64,000 bases of DNA from Halieaceae bacterium (GTDB taxonomy: Bacteria; Pseudomonadota; Gammaproteobacteria; Pseudomonadales; Halieaceae), in the NCBI GenBank assembly GCA_038102985.1, contig JAYNYK010000004.1, forward strand, positions 420 through 64,419, written 5' to 3'. Positions 1 to 11,179 of the stretch are shown in pieces. The notes beneath the pieces are model-generated. The model saw only the letters and a program-made list of their open reading frames with translations, did not search any database and was not told the origin of the DNA. A program made the position numbers and the translations under genes. The first letter of the stretch is position 1, and the number at the start of each line of letters is the position of its first letter.

Positions 1-274
<274 letters not shown>

Positions 275-335
275 TTATGAGGTTGATCAACCACTAACTT
301 CGTTACGCTACACACGCGCGCCTTAAGTCGCAAGG

Positions 336-1169
336 TCAGTCGGCAGCCAAGCGTACTTTGGCGATCTGCCAGCGCTTCTCCAGTTGCTCTATCGTTTCGT
401 TCTGTAGTGCAGTACCGTCATCTCGAGCGGCTTGCTCCATCAATCTAAACCGACGCTCGAAACGCGCGTTTGCGCCTCGCGCCGCGGTTTCTGCATCAAC
501 CCCCAAGTGGCGTGCGAGATTAACAACAGCGATTAATACGTCGCCCAATTCCGCTTCAATCTCTTTTTCAGAATCAGAAGCAATGGCTTCGCGGAGCTCG
601 GTCATTTCTTCCTCTATTTTTTCCCAAGTGCCGTCAGCATCAGGCCAGTCAAAACCTACGCTGGCGGCTCGCTTTTGTAATTTTTGAGCGCGGGAAAGCG
701 AGGGTAATGCGCGGGGCACGTCATCCAGAATTGCGTTTCGCATTTTCTGTTGGCGCTCTGCCTGTTTGGCACGCTCCCAGTTATCTTTTACCTGTGCTGG
801 GCTCGGCATATGACCTATCGGACTCAAGTCCGGTTCGGCAAAAACATGGGGGTGCCTTCTAATCAACTTGGTCGCAATGCCAGTAACGACGTCCTGAAAA
901 TTGAACAGTCCTTGCTCGGTCGCGAGCTGCGCGTAGAAGACAACCTGAAACAGTACGTCACCTAATTCTTCACGAATCTGTTCGAAATCCTTGGCGTCGA
1001 TGGCATCCACCAATTCATAGGCTTCCTCGATCGTATGGGGGACAATCGTATGAAAATCCTGCTGTAGGTCCCACGGACAACCGTGCTCGGGATCACGCAA
1101 CCGAGCCATAATCTCCAATAGTGACTCCAACGTGCTGGTTGTCGTCGCGTTTCTGTCAGCCAAAATCAC
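336..1169 (-). CDS. mazG: Nucleoside triphosphate pyrophosphohydrolase MazG
   Basis: LRDPEHGCPWD, EEAYE, EELGDVLFQ, KLIRRHPHVF; second MazG domain ELGDVL. Confidence 0.93.
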   Translation of the reverse strand: MILADRNATTTSTLESLLEIMARLRDPEHGCPWDLQQDFHTIVPHTIEEAYELVDAIDAKDFEQIREELGDVLFQVVFYAQLATEQGLFNFQDVVTGIATKLIRRHPHVFAEPDLSPIGHMPSPAQVKDNWERAKQAERQQKMRNAILDDVPRALPSLSRAQKLQKRAASVGFDWPDADGTWEKIEEEMTELREAIASDSEKEIEAELGDVLIAVVNLARHLGVDAETAARGANARFERRFRLMEQAARDDGTALQNETIEQLEKRWQIAKVRLAAD

Positions 1170-1197
1170 TCACCTTATTAGCCCCATGCCACACCCT

Positions 1198-2115
1198 TCA
1201 CTGCGCTGTGCGTTTTGCATCAAACACACCCGTAGAAAGATAGCGATCACCTCTATCGCAGATAATGGCGACGATAATAGCGCGCTCGACCTCCCTGCTG
1301 AGACGTAATGCCGCCGCTATTGAGCCGCCTGAGGAGACACCCGCAAATATCCCCTCCTCTCTCGCCAAGCGCCGCATCATTTGCTCCGACTCGTCCTGGC
1401 TGATGTCCATGATGCGATCCACTCGACGTGCATCAAATATCTTCGGCAGGTAGGCTTCAGGCCACCGTCTAATCCCCGGGATTTGCGACCCCTCGACCGG
1501 TTGCAATCCAATAATCTCAATCTCGGGGTTTTTCTCTTTAAGATACCGAGAAACGCCCATGATCGTCCCCGTGGTGCCCATTGAGGACACAAAGTGCGTG
1601 ATCTTGCCCCGGGTCTGTTCCCATATTTCAGGCCCGGTGGCGCCAAAATGTCCTGCTGGGTTATCCGGATTGGCGAATTGGTTCAGGACCACACCCTCGC
1701 CTTTGGCCTCCATGGCAAGCGCCAGATCACGCGCGCCTTCCATGCCCTCTGCCGCTGAGACATCTATAAGCTCAGCGCCATAAGCTCTCATCGCACCTTT
1801 GCGCTCCTCGCTTTGATTTGCGGGCATAATCAGTCGGAGACGGTACCCTTTCACCGCCGCGACCATGGCCAGAGCGATCCCCGTGTTACCACTCGTCGCC
1901 TCGATCAGGATGTCTCCAGGTGCAATCCTGCCCTCTGATTCGGCCTCAGTAATCATACTCAGGGCGGCACGATCCTTAACGGAACCCGCTGGGTTGTTCC
2001 CCTCCAGCTTTCCCAAAATGATGTTTGATGTTGCGCCGGGCAGTCGTTTAAGGCGGACCAGAGGCGTGCCGCCCACCAAATCCTCGACTGAGGCATATTC
2101 ACTTTCTATGGCCAT
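1198..2115 (-). CDS. cysM: Cysteine synthase B
   Basis: KLEGNNPAGSVKDR (PLP lysine), TSGNTG, SMGTTGT, IPGIRRW, CDRGDRYLSTG. Confidence 0.93.
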   Translation of the reverse strand: MAIESEYASVEDLVGGTPLVRLKRLPGATSNIILGKLEGNNPAGSVKDRAALSMITEAESEGRIAPGDILIEATSGNTGIALAMVAAVKGYRLRLIMPANQSEERKGAMRAYGAELIDVSAAEGMEGARDLALAMEAKGEGVVLNQFANPDNPAGHFGATGPEIWEQTRGKITHFVSSMGTTGTIMGVSRYLKEKNPEIEIIGLQPVEGSQIPGIRRWPEAYLPKIFDARRVDRIMDISQDESEQMMRRLAREEGIFAGVSSGGSIAAALRLSREVERAIIVAIICDRGDRYLSTGVFDAKRTAQ

Positions 2116-2158
2116 TAAGTGCTGTGTCTCCCTTTGCTCGTCGACAAGGCGCGCCTAA

Positions 2159-2905
2159 TCAGTCATCGCGGGGTGCAGGCCGGCGCCTTAGCGATCGAAA
2201 AATATCGCGACTATTCAGCGTTCTTCCCTGGATGAGCTGCGAGATGGCCACGCGGGTCACCTCCTTCATCACCACGAAAGCCTGCTCCTGCGGCAAGGCG
2301 CCACCCTTAAGCCAATTCCCTACGGCCAGCAGGATCGCGCCGGGAATTCGTTTTTGCGTTGGCGCTGCGTCGCTGGAGGATACTGCCGCCGAAAAACCCT
2401 TCGCTGGATCGAAGAAATATTGGCCACTCTCGGCGATGGGGTCTTGATTAGTATCGCTCCACCAATCGATACGGTAGCCCAACTCCGTCAGCAGGATCAA
2501 TTCGAAGCGTCGCAGTGCGAGTTCACCGGAATCGCTTTGCAGCGCTTCAATGGCCTCGCCGTATCCGACAAACAATGCCGGATGGGGGTCAAAACGGGGT
2601 AATAAGCGGATCAATAGTTCGTTCAGGTAAAGGCCACTCAGCAAGTTATCCTCTCGCAAAACGTGAGCCGGAGTTGGCGACTCTGCGGCAGCCAAGGTTT
2701 TGAGTTCCCCCCGCCCAGCCAAGCGAATCAAAAGGGGCTGGAATGGTTGCAATAGCGAGGCAAGGCTGCCACCGGCCTTACGGCGAAACACACCTCTCGC
2801 TATCACCCCACAGCGACCTGATTCCGCCGTAAAGAGCTCGACCAAAAGCCCGTTGTCGCCGTAATTTCTGCGACCAAGCACCCAGGATGGCTGCATCGCA
2901 CTCAC
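2159..2905 (-). CDS. recO: DNA repair protein RecO
   Basis: LLQPFQPL, GLYLNELL, LRRFEL motifs; directly downstream of era. Confidence 0.9.
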   Translation of the reverse strand: MSAMQPSWVLGRRNYGDNGLLVELFTAESGRCGVIARGVFRRKAGGSLASLLQPFQPLLIRLAGRGELKTLAAAESPTPAHVLREDNLLSGLYLNELLIRLLPRFDPHPALFVGYGEAIEALQSDSGELALRRFELILLTELGYRIDWWSDTNQDPIAESGQYFFDPAKGFSAAVSSSDAAPTQKRIPGAILLAVGNWLKGGALPQEQAFVVMKEVTRVAISQLIQGRTLNSRDIFRSLRRRPAPRDD

Positions 2906-3804
2906 CGATCACTCTGAGGATCCAAGCCCAGGGTTTTCAGAGCGCGAACATCGTCAGACCACCCGGCTTTGACCTTCACCCAGAGCTTTAGCATCACCTT
3001 CTGACCAAACATGCGCTCCATATCTTTTCGCGCGGCTGTGCCGATAGTTTTGATTCTGCCCCCCGACTCACCGATCAAAATTTTCTTTTGGCCTGCCCGC
3101 TCAACCAACACAAGCACTCCGATATGGAGTACACCTTTACTATTTTCAGAAAAGCTCTCGACCTCAACCGCTGTTGAATAAGGCAACTCATCTCCCAATT
3201 GCCGTATTATTTTTTCACGGACCAATTCACCAGCAAAAAAACGTTGGCTTTTATCGGTAATGTGATCCTCCGGAAACAAGTGGGGGGCGATGGGAGCCTT
3301 GCCCCCAACGTAGCGCATTAGCTCGGATAGCCCTTGTTGACGTAGTGCAGAAATCGGTAGCACTGCATCAAAAGCGCAGCGATCAGAGAGCGACGCCGCG
3401 AAAGGCAGTAGCGCTTTCCGATCGACCAATAAATCCACTTTGTTGATCACCAGCGCAACTGAGGCGCCCTGCTTGCTCGCCGCGACCAACGCCAGCTCAT
3501 CCTCTTCGGTCCAGCGCATGCGATCACAAAGTAGCAACGTGACGTCTACGTCCCTCATCGCCGACAGAGCGGCTTTATTCATAAGCCGGTTCATCGCCCT
3601 CGGCTGGCCGCTGTGCAGTCCCGGCGTATCGATAAAGACCAACTGAACAGAGCCTTCGGTTCTGACGCCAAGAATCTGCTGACGCGTGGTCTGTGGCTTG
3701 CGCGACGTGATACTCAGCTTTTGACCAAGCAAATGATTCATTAATGTCGACTTACCGACGTTGGGCCGCCCAATGATTGCTACCAAAGCGCACTGCTCAG
3801 ACAT
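2902..3804 (-). CDS. era: GTPase Era
   Basis: GRPNVGKS, SRKPQTTR, DTPG, NKVD; KH domain with ELPY and LWVKV. Confidence 0.95.
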   Translation of the reverse strand: MSEQCALVAIIGRPNVGKSTLMNHLLGQKLSITSRKPQTTRQQILGVRTEGSVQLVFIDTPGLHSGQPRAMNRLMNKAALSAMRDVDVTLLLCDRMRWTEEDELALVAASKQGASVALVINKVDLLVDRKALLPFAASLSDRCAFDAVLPISALRQQGLSELMRYVGGKAPIAPHLFPEDHITDKSQRFFAGELVREKIIRQLGDELPYSTAVEVESFSENSKGVLHIGVLVLVERAGQKKILIGESGGRIKTIGTAARKDMERMFGQKVMLKLWVKVKAGWSDDVRALKTLGLDPQSDR

Positions 3805-4489
3805 CAGCGTCTGTTACCTCAGCCAACATCAATTCCGCTGCTGATTGCTCTGCCTTGCGTCTTGCGGAACCGCTGGCTTCAGTCAAGACACCCCGGTCCG
3901 GAAGCCTACATTCGACCTGAAAGCACAAGTCGTGGTCCTCTCCTGAGATGGACTTCACCGCGTACTCGGGGAGCGACTCCCCCCGCGCCTGCAGCCATTC
4001 CTGAAGGCGGGTCTTCGCGTCCACGACAATATCTAACGTGGACGCCTGAATCGTTGGGCTCAGCCAGCCCGCCACTGCAGTGCGAGCTTCAATGAGAGAA
4101 GCGTCGATCATGATGGCGCCCGCGAGAGCCTCCAGTGTATCCGCCAAGATGGAATCTCGATTTCGTCCCCCGCTTTTACGCTCACTTTCGCCGAGAATAA
4201 GGCATTCAGAAAGATTCAATGACCTCGCGATCTGCGCCAACGACACTCCACTGACAACGTTCGCCCGTAATCGGCTAAGCGCTCCCTCATTGGCTTCAGG
4301 AAACCGCTCAAAAAAAGCGCTCGCCACTGTAAGGCCGATGATAGCGTCCCCCAAAAATTCTAACCTCTCGTTGTGATCTCGAGCCGCACTACGGTGAGTC
4401 AGCGCTTTCTGCAGAAGGGTCTGGTCGGCAAACTGGTATCCAAGGCGACGCTGCAATGCGGCGAGCGCAGCTCCAGAGGGCGCTTTCAA
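3797..4489 (-). CDS. rnc: Ribonuclease III
   Basis: ALTHRS, NERLEFLGD signature, dsRBD KTRLQEWLQ. Confidence 0.95.
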   Translation of the reverse strand: MKAPSGAALAALQRRLGYQFADQTLLQKALTHRSAARDHNERLEFLGDAIIGLTVASAFFERFPEANEGALSRLRANVVSGVSLAQIARSLNLSECLILGESERKSGGRNRDSILADTLEALAGAIMIDASLIEARTAVAGWLSPTIQASTLDIVVDAKTRLQEWLQARGESLPEYAVKSISGEDHDLCFQVECRLPDRGVLTEASGSARRKAEQSAAELMLAEVTDADV

Positions 4490-4896
4490 TTGCGTTCCGC
4501 GGGAGCGGTCTCAACGACCAAGTCGTCAAACTTCATCACGCCATCCAGAATCCAGATCAGCGCAAATCGTTTTTCGTAATTCGCGTCAATCACAATGAGG
4601 CCCCGCTCTCGATAGATGCGGATATCATCAATCGTCGTGTCGTAAATCTGATTAGTGGTCAATAATTTGGAGAGTCGTAACCGTAGGTCGGGGATAGTCT
4701 CGGAACGGGCATCGTGCTCTGCCGCCGCCCGGATAATCAAATCCTTTACCGCCATGTATTCGAAGTAGCCCGGAAGTATTCGAAGCACCAGCACAAGGCC
4801 CGCGCCCATCAAAAATAAATAGAGTGCCAGAGACCAAACGCTAAAGCCCTGGCAAGCAGGTCTCATTCTTCCGGAAATTATATGCCTCCTCACCAC
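4486..4896 (-). CDS. DUF4845-type small membrane protein
   Basis: One N-terminal TM segment after a QG-F motif; conserved position between lepB and rnc. Confidence 0.7.
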   Translation of the reverse strand: MVRRHIISGRMRPACQGFSVWSLALYLFLMGAGLVLVLRILPGYFEYMAVKDLIIRAAAEHDARSETIPDLRLRLSKLLTTNQIYDTTIDDIRIYRERGLIVIDANYEKRFALIWILDGVMKFDDLVVETAPAERN

Positions 4897-4914
4897 ACAA
4901 TCCCCTGTATCCCG

Positions 4915-5757
4915 CTAATCGATCGCGCCTGCTCGATCAAACGAAGGCACGCTAAGCCAGCTCTCCCAATGCATCCAAATGGATACGGCTTTACCCACAA
5001 TATCGCGCTCCGGGACCTGTCCCCAGACGCGGCTGTCGCTGCTATTGTCCCGATTATCACCCATCATGAAGTAATGGTTAGGCTTTACCACCACAGAAAA
5101 GTTACGCGATCCCCGCCGGTCGTCCGTTTGCATCAAGTAGCCATCGGTACCGGGAAGTTCCTCCCTACCCATTTTGACCGTGAAGCGCCCCGACGGCAGC
5201 TCCGCAAGCCATTCCTGCGGTACGCGCTCCCCGTTTACAAACAGCTGCTTATTGCGATAAGCAATCTTGTCGCCAGGTTTACCGATAACACGTTTGATGT
5301 AGTAGGTGCTGTTCTGATGCGGCGGGAAAAACACCATGACATCGCCCCGCTCTGGCTCACCCACGTTCAGCACCTTGGTTCGCGTCACGGGTAATCTCAA
5401 CCCGTAAGCGTATTTATTAACCAAAATATAGTCCCCCACCGCTAATGTCGGCACCATAGAGGAAGAGGGAATTTGGAAGGGTTCGTAAAGGAACGAGCGG
5501 AGAACCAGCACAACAGCCAAAACAGGAAAAAATGATCGCGCGTACTCCACTACTGCCGGTTCACCCGCTTCCCGATCACAAGCTTCTGCGAAGGCGGCAG
5601 CGGCTTTTGAGCCCTCCTGATCACAACCAGGAAACGCCTCGGCGAGCTGCTCACGCCGCAGGCGCCGACCGCCGGCCAGCAAAAGACTATCTAGCAACCA
5701 AATGGCACCGCTACCAAAGACAACGATCACGAGAATCAGTGGAAAATCAATAGTCAT
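4915..5757 (-). CDS. lepB: Signal peptidase I
   Basis: EPFQIPSSSMVPTL (Ser), YIKRVIG (Lys), GDNRDNSSDSR; start placed at MTIDFP. Confidence 0.95.
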   Translation of the reverse strand: MTIDFPLILVIVVFGSGAIWLLDSLLLAGGRRLRREQLAEAFPGCDQEGSKAAAAFAEACDREAGEPAVVEYARSFFPVLAVVLVLRSFLYEPFQIPSSSMVPTLAVGDYILVNKYAYGLRLPVTRTKVLNVGEPERGDVMVFFPPHQNSTYYIKRVIGKPGDKIAYRNKQLFVNGERVPQEWLAELPSGRFTVKMGREELPGTDGYLMQTDDRRGSRNFSVVVKPNHYFMMGDNRDNSSDSRVWGQVPERDIVGKAVSIWMHWESWLSVPSFDRAGAID

Positions 5758-5820
5758 TCCCAACCCGCACTCTGTACACGCTCACCTACGGCCTGCATCC
5801 CACCTGCCCCCGCGCACGTC

Positions 5821-7620
5821 TCAGCCATCAACCTGTAACACCGCGAGAAACGCAGATTGTGGAATCTCGACATTCCCCACTTGCTTCATGCGTTTCTTAC
5901 CCGCTTTTTGCTTCTCAAGTAGCTTTTTCTTTCGTGTCACGTCACCACCATAGCATTTGGCAGTGACATTTTTACGCAAAGCTTTGACCGTCTGGCGCGC
6001 AACAATCTTCCCGCCAACCGCGGCCTGAATCGCAACGTCAAACATTTGCCGGGGAATCAATTCCTTCATTTTTTCAGTCAATACCCTGCCGCGGGACTGA
6101 ACATGATCACGATGAACAATAATGGCAAGCGCGTCCACCCTGTCGCCATTTATCAGCACATCGAGGCGTGAGAGCGGTGCACCCTCAAAGCGCTGAAAAC
6201 TGTAATCTAAAGAAGCGTAACCACGACTGACGGACTTCAAACGGTCGAAGAAGTCGAGTACTACCTCAGCCATCGGAATATCGTAGATTACCTGCACCTG
6301 CTGCCCGAGAAATTGCAGATCCACCTGAGCCCCTCGTTTTTCAACACAAAGCGTGATAGCAGCGCCAAGGTACTCTTGTGGCGTCAGAATGGTGCAGCGG
6401 GCAATAGGCTCCCGCATGACCTCGATATCACCCACGTCAGGCAACTTTGAGGGATTATCCACATAGACTACCTCGCGATTTTTTTTAACGATCTCGTAAA
6501 TTACCGTGGGTGCTGTCGTAATCAGGTCTAAGTCGTACTCCCTTTCCAATCGCTCTTGAATGATCTCCATATGCAGCATGCCCAGAAAACCGCAGCGGAA
6601 TCCAAAACCAAGTGCATCAGAGGTCTCCGGCTCGTAAAACAGCGAAGCATCGTTCAGGGTCAGCTTCCCCAGAGCATCACGAAAATCTTCGTAATCGTCT
6701 GAGTTGACGGTGAAAATGCCCGCGTAAACCTGCGGCTTGGCCCTCTGAAAACCGGGGAGCGCCGGCGTACCCTGGTGCGAGGCGGCAATGAGCGTGTCGC
6801 CCACGGGCGCGCCTTTAATATCTTTAATGCCCGCCACCACAAACCCAACCTCACCGGCCCTGAGCACACCGGTCTCAGTTCTGCGAGGGGTAAATACGCC
6901 CACCATGTCTGCCTGATGCTGTTTGCCAGTTGAGGAGACCACGAATTTGTCACGCTTGCTGAGTTGTCCCTGCACCACGCGAACCAGCGATACGACACCA
7001 AGATAGTTATCGAACCAAGAATCGATAATCAAAGCTTGCAGCGGCGCTTCCCGGTCTCCCCCGGGGGCTGGGATCTTTTGTATGAGTTGCTCCAATAGCG
7101 CTTCGATTCCCATGCCAGTCTTAGCGCTCGTCGCTACCGCTTCGGTGGCGTCAATGCCAATTATTTCTTCGATCTCCTGCTGAACACGCTCTGGGTCGGC
7201 TTGGGGCAAATCCATCTTGTTGAGCACCGGCAGCACTTCTAAACCTTGCTCAATCGCGGTGTAACAATTAGCGACAGACTGCGCCTCTACCCCTTGTCCT
7301 GCATCAACCACCAAGAGGGCACCCTCGCAAGCGCTAAGAGAGCGCGAGACTTCGTAGGAAAAATCAACATGCCCCGGTGTATCGATAAAATTGAGCTGAT
7401 AGGTCTCGCCATTTTCAGCCTGGTAGTGAAGCGTGACGCTCTGCGCCTTGATAGTAATCCCTCTCTCGCGTTCTAGATCCATCGAATCCAGAACCTGAGA
7501 TGCCATTTCGCGCTCAGAGAGACCGCCACAATGTTGGATGAAGCGATCCGCAAGAGTCGATTTACCGTGGTCGATGTGGGCGATAATCGAAAAGTTTCGT
7601 ATGTGACTGAGTTCAGTCAA
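5821..7620 (-). CDS. lepA: Translation elongation factor 4 (LepA)
   Basis: [46 protein letters not shown]. Confidence 0.97.
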   Translation of the reverse strand: MTELSHIRNFSIIAHIDHGKSTLADRFIQHCGGLSEREMASQVLDSMDLERERGITIKAQSVTLHYQAENGETYQLNFIDTPGHVDFSYEVSRSLSACEGALLVVDAGQGVEAQSVANCYTAIEQGLEVLPVLNKMDLPQADPERVQQEIEEIIGIDATEAVATSAKTGMGIEALLEQLIQKIPAPGGDREAPLQALIIDSWFDNYLGVVSLVRVVQGQLSKRDKFVVSSTGKQHQADMVGVFTPRRTETGVLRAGEVGFVVAGIKDIKGAPVGDTLIAASHQGTPALPGFQRAKPQVYAGIFTVNSDDYEDFRDALGKLTLNDASLFYEPETSDALGFGFRCGFLGMLHMEIIQERLEREYDLDLITTAPTVIYEIVKKNREVVYVDNPSKLPDVGDIEVMREPIARCTILTPQEYLGAAITLCVEKRGAQVDLQFLGQQVQVIYDIPMAEVVLDFFDRLKSVSRGYASLDYSFQRFEGAPLSRLDVLINGDRVDALAIIVHRDHVQSRGRVLTEKMKELIPRQMFDVAIQAAVGGKIVARQTVKALRKNVTAKCYGGDVTRKKKLLEKQKAGKKRMKQVGNVEIPQSAFLAVLQVDG

Positions 7621-7768
7621 CGCTTGGGCACCTCGAAAAGAAACTGTCGGGAAGCTGAATAGCTACCCGCTGGTTGCCACGCATTTTAGCATGTCACGGG
7701 GGCAGTCTTACTGCACTATTCCACTGGACTGGAGCAAACAAAATACGGTCTGCTGCGCAAGCAAGCGG

Positions 7769-9163
7769 TCAGTCCTTCGCAGCGGGGACCCGTATTCCGA
7801 TGAAAAGCGGACTGCCAGCACGAATCAAACGCGCGGGAACCGAGGCACCGGGCACCAACTCATCTGCAATGCCCTCGAGATCGCGTATGCGCCCAATGGG
7901 CCTGTTGCCAATGCGAGTGAGAATATCTCCCTCTCTTACTCCCGCGTCCGCCGCAGGAGAATCTGGCTCAATCGCGACAACCTGCACGCCCCCGGCAAGG
8001 CCGAGTTCCGACAACTCATCAGGCTCTGCTGGCGCTGCCCGCATGCCCAACAGGGTCAGTGTCCCGTCAGAGACCGCACTGGGGCCTACCCTGGCGACCT
8101 GATCCGCAGCAAGCCCCCCGACCTCGACTTCCAGAGTTGCTTCCGAGCCTTCTCGGACGATGACCACCTGACAAACTGTGCCCGGCGCAATCAGGCCCAC
8201 CACATGGGGCAAATCTGCGGACGTCTCAATGTCTTCACCATCGAATTGAATGATAATGTCGCCCGACAGGAGGCCCGCTCGCTCAGCGGGGGAATCACCA
8301 CCCACCTGCGCAATCAAGGCACCGCGAGGCCTGTCTAAAGCAAAAGAATCCGCAAGGTTTCGATCAACATCTTGGATACTGACGCCCAACCAACCGCGCT
8401 CGACGACACCGTTTTCCTGAATCTGCGCGACCACGTTACTGACTACAGAGGCCGGGATGGCGAATGAAAGACCGATGGAACCTCCTGATCGCGTAAAAAT
8501 CTGTGAGTTCACGCCAATCACTTCGCCGTCCAGATTGAACAACGGCCCACCAGAATTCCCGGGGTTAATCGCTACATCAGTCTGAATAAAGGGCACGTAA
8601 TTATCCCCCGTTTCCGTTGGCAAACTGCGACCCACAGCACTGACGATGCCGGCGGTGACCGAGAAATCCAGACCGAAGGGTGAACCAATGGCCAGAACCC
8701 ATTGACCCACTGTAACGTATTTGTCATCTGCTAAAGGCACCATCGGCAGGCCCCGCGCCTCAATTTTCAACACTGCCAAATCCGATCTGGGGTCTGTACC
8801 CACCAGCGTCGCATCGTATTCCTGCCTGTCGGGCAAGCGCACCAAGATCTGGCGAGCATTTTCCACGACGTGATTATTTGTCACCACATAGCCGTCCTCG
8901 GAAACGATGAATCCCGACCCCATACCCGCCCTGTCTCTCGGCACTGGCGGCCCACCTCGAAATTCAAAAAAACGCCGCAGGTATTCCGGCAGTTCCTCCA
9001 TTTCCTCCTGATATCGCAGGTTTTCTGATTCGTACTCCACAAGAATTTTCACAACCGCAGGTGAGGAGGACTCCACAATATCGGTAAAGTCGGGGAGGGA
9101 AGCCGCCGAGGCTCTCGCGATAAAAACGATGCTGATAAAACAAAAAAGCGCACGCACCATCAT
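7769..9163 (-). CDS. mucD: DegP/MucD-family periplasmic serine protease with two PDZ domains
   Basis: Signal peptide, TNNHVV, DLAVLK, INPGNSGGPL; last gene of rpoE-rseABC operon; start uncertain (9163 or 9187). Confidence 0.88.
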   Translation of the reverse strand: MMVRALFCFISIVFIARASAASLPDFTDIVESSSPAVVKILVEYESENLRYQEEMEELPEYLRRFFEFRGGPPVPRDRAGMGSGFIVSEDGYVVTNNHVVENARQILVRLPDRQEYDATLVGTDPRSDLAVLKIEARGLPMVPLADDKYVTVGQWVLAIGSPFGLDFSVTAGIVSAVGRSLPTETGDNYVPFIQTDVAINPGNSGGPLFNLDGEVIGVNSQIFTRSGGSIGLSFAIPASVVSNVVAQIQENGVVERGWLGVSIQDVDRNLADSFALDRPRGALIAQVGGDSPAERAGLLSGDIIIQFDGEDIETSADLPHVVGLIAPGTVCQVVIVREGSEATLEVEVGGLAADQVARVGPSAVSDGTLTLLGMRAAPAEPDELSELGLAGGVQVVAIEPDSPAADAGVREGDILTRIGNRPIGRIRDLEGIADELVPGASVPARLIRAGSPLFIGIRVPAAKD

Positions 9164-9195
9164 GGCCGAACTCCACACATTAAACACAGAATACG

Positions 9196-9687
9196 TTAGT
9201 GCCTCGCGACGATGTCATCCACTTGGACGCTGGCATCATTCGCCCTCCCCGCCAGCTGAGGCTCCGCAAATCCCGGCACTGCACCGCCCAACCAGACGAT
9301 CGCGCGCTGAAGGATAGCAAAAGCTGAAAGCGTACCGAGACAGAATCCAGTCGCCGCCCACAAGTCTCCTTGCGACGACAAGACAATGGATACCAATATG
9401 CCCAAAAGGAGAGGGAATCCGTAGATCAGTAGGGTACCCGTTAATAACGCGGCCTCGGGCACTCGGATCCAAACCTGATCTCCCACATCGCATTGCGCTG
9501 CGCTTAAGTCATCACCAGATAGTGCCCTGACGCGCCCCTTACCCTGCTGGAACAAGCCTGCTAAAGCACCTTGCCCGCAACCCGCTCGCGCGGCACAACG
9601 CCCACAAGCCGAGCTCCGATCCGCCTCTATCCATACCGCGTCGGGCTCAATGGCGACGACACGTCCGGTTTCCATCAGCCAACCCAC
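9196..9687 (-). CDS. rseC: RseC/MucC family protein
   Basis: ETGRVVA, CxxC-x4-C (CGRCAARAGC), two TM segments; operon position. Confidence 0.85.
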   Translation of the reverse strand: MGWLMETGRVVAIEPDAVWIEADRSSACGRCAARAGCGQGALAGLFQQGKGRVRALSGDDLSAAQCDVGDQVWIRVPEAALLTGTLLIYGFPLLLGILVSIVLSSQGDLWAATGFCLGTLSAFAILQRAIVWLGGAVPGFAEPQLAGRANDASVQVDDIVARH

Positions 9688-10568
9688 TACCGGGCCTCAT
9701 TCGTGGGACGAATCGCATCCGCCAGCAATCTGGCAGTGACCATCGGTACTTCTCCCAGAACGCTAATCAGAACGCCCTTTTGGCCCGGCACAGGCACGCC
9801 TCTTGTGTAGGCAAGCGTGGCCCCCTCAATAACGCCAGCCTCACCCGGCGCAGCGCCCGCCGGCAATGGCTCCAGAAACACCGACGCCGTCGCGAGCCCA
9901 TCGCTGACCACGAACGCAGCGGGCGTTGCATGGTCATTCACTACATAATAGCCGGGCAGCAAGTCCCTGCCGCGTGAGAGAGACCCTGAAGATTCCTGGC
10001 TGATCGCCCTATCAGGATTTGCGAGGGCTCCATTAGCGCCGCTTGTCGCAATGCTGGCAAATTCATAGCGCTCCAAGACCTTGCCGTCCGGATCAATCGT
10101 CACCATCCCCAGCGGCACGCCCGTCTCCGTATCGACCTCCGCAATATATCCAAGCCGAAGGGTATCCGTAGGCTGCAGTACCAGTCGTCGCGTAGATCGA
10201 CCTGCGATCACCCTGCCCTGCTCTATTCGAGGGACATAAAATCGGCGTAAATCGCAGAATCTATCGACGTTAAGCGTCGGCGGTGACCAGAATTCTTCGC
10301 TGGGATCCGAAACGCGATCCAATCGGCGCAAGCGCACCTCACCTGAGCCTGCAGACCACGCCACATCGATGAATTGGCGGCTACCTACACGCTCGTAAAG
10401 CAATGTGCCTTTGAAAGAAATATCTTGGTGGGCGCCCAGCAATGCCACCCAAACTCGATCCGCTTCACTCGAGGTTAAACAACCCGCCTCATCGAGCTGG
10501 GACCAACTGAAAGCTGAAAAACACTGCGAAAAAACGAACAGCAGCCAAGTTAAAAAACGCAAGCTCAT
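9687..10568 (-). CDS. rseB: RseB/MucB periplasmic negative regulator of sigma-E
   Basis: Signal peptide; IAGR, D.LRLGY, SDGLATASVFLEP, LGEVPMVTA motifs. Confidence 0.82.
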   Translation of the reverse strand: MSLRFLTWLLFVFSQCFSAFSWSQLDEAGCLTSSEADRVWVALLGAHQDISFKGTLLYERVGSRQFIDVAWSAGSGEVRLRRLDRVSDPSEEFWSPPTLNVDRFCDLRRFYVPRIEQGRVIAGRSTRRLVLQPTDTLRLGYIAEVDTETGVPLGMVTIDPDGKVLERYEFASIATSGANGALANPDRAISQESSGSLSRGRDLLPGYYVVNDHATPAAFVVSDGLATASVFLEPLPAGAAPGEAGVIEGATLAYTRGVPVPGQKGVLISVLGEVPMVTARLLADAIRPTNEAR

Positions 10569-11179
10569 TCCGTGGTTTGTGGTCTGTCTACCGCGTCCTC
10601 ACTCCTCACTCGAGCGATGTAGGGCACGGGGTGATTCTGGCTCGCCACCGCCGCATGATGCGCATTAAGTCGCTGATAGCGCTCTCTGGCCAAACGCTCG
10701 TAGCGCGCTGACACGCCCGTGCCTTGCACTCCTTCGGGCCCACCTGCCGCTCCGGCAAGGGGAATCGCGCCCGCCTCGAGACTCGCTCGAATGGGTTGAG
10801 CGCCCGACACAGGCACCACATTACCACCGAGTTCACTAACCAAAGTGCGAGGTAGTATCTGATCCTCCGGCACCAGGGTTTGTCCCGCCAACACAACCGC
10901 AATGGTAACTGAGGCAGCAACCGCCATGCTCCAGAGCGGGCTGCGGGCAATTCCGGGTTGACGCCCAATAGCCTCTCTAACCCCAGCCGTGACATCTAGC
11001 GCGGGGCGGTTCACTTGCCGGCCCTGTATCAAGTCCCGCACCAGCTGTTGGCGCCGCCACCGTGACCGCAACATCGGATCCTCAGCGACCGAAGCCAGCA
11101 GCCGCCTTAACTCCAGCTCTTGTGCCTCGTCGTCCATCAAGGCCGAAAGCGCAGCCAGATCTTGCTCATTGGTCTTCAT
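10565..11179 (-). CDS. rseA: Anti-sigma-E factor RseA/MucA
   Basis: LSALMDDE, W.R.QLVRD, TM segment AVAASV; follows rpoE. Confidence 0.88.
   Translation of the reverse strand: MKTNEQDLAALSALMDDEAQELELRRLLASVAEDPMLRSRWRRQQLVRDLIQGRQVNRPALDVTAGVREAIGRQPGIARSPLWSMAVAASVTIAVVLAGQTLVPEDQILPRTLVSELGGNVVPVSGAQPIRASLEAGAIPLAGAAGGPEGVQGTGVSARYERLARERYQRLNAHHAAVASQNHPVPYIARVRSEDAVDRPQTTE

Noticed and set aside
281-292. 12-bp palindrome GGTTGATCAACC upstream of adk
   Set aside because: Lacks FNR spacing (TTGAT-N4-ATCAA); single short occurrence
7691-8338. 215-aa plus-strand ORF (and similar ones at 4882-5394, 24676-25206, 34704-35354, 47219-47776, 49498-50058)
   Set aside because: Antisense or off-frame shadows of well-supported genes, expected in GC-rich DNA; no motifs
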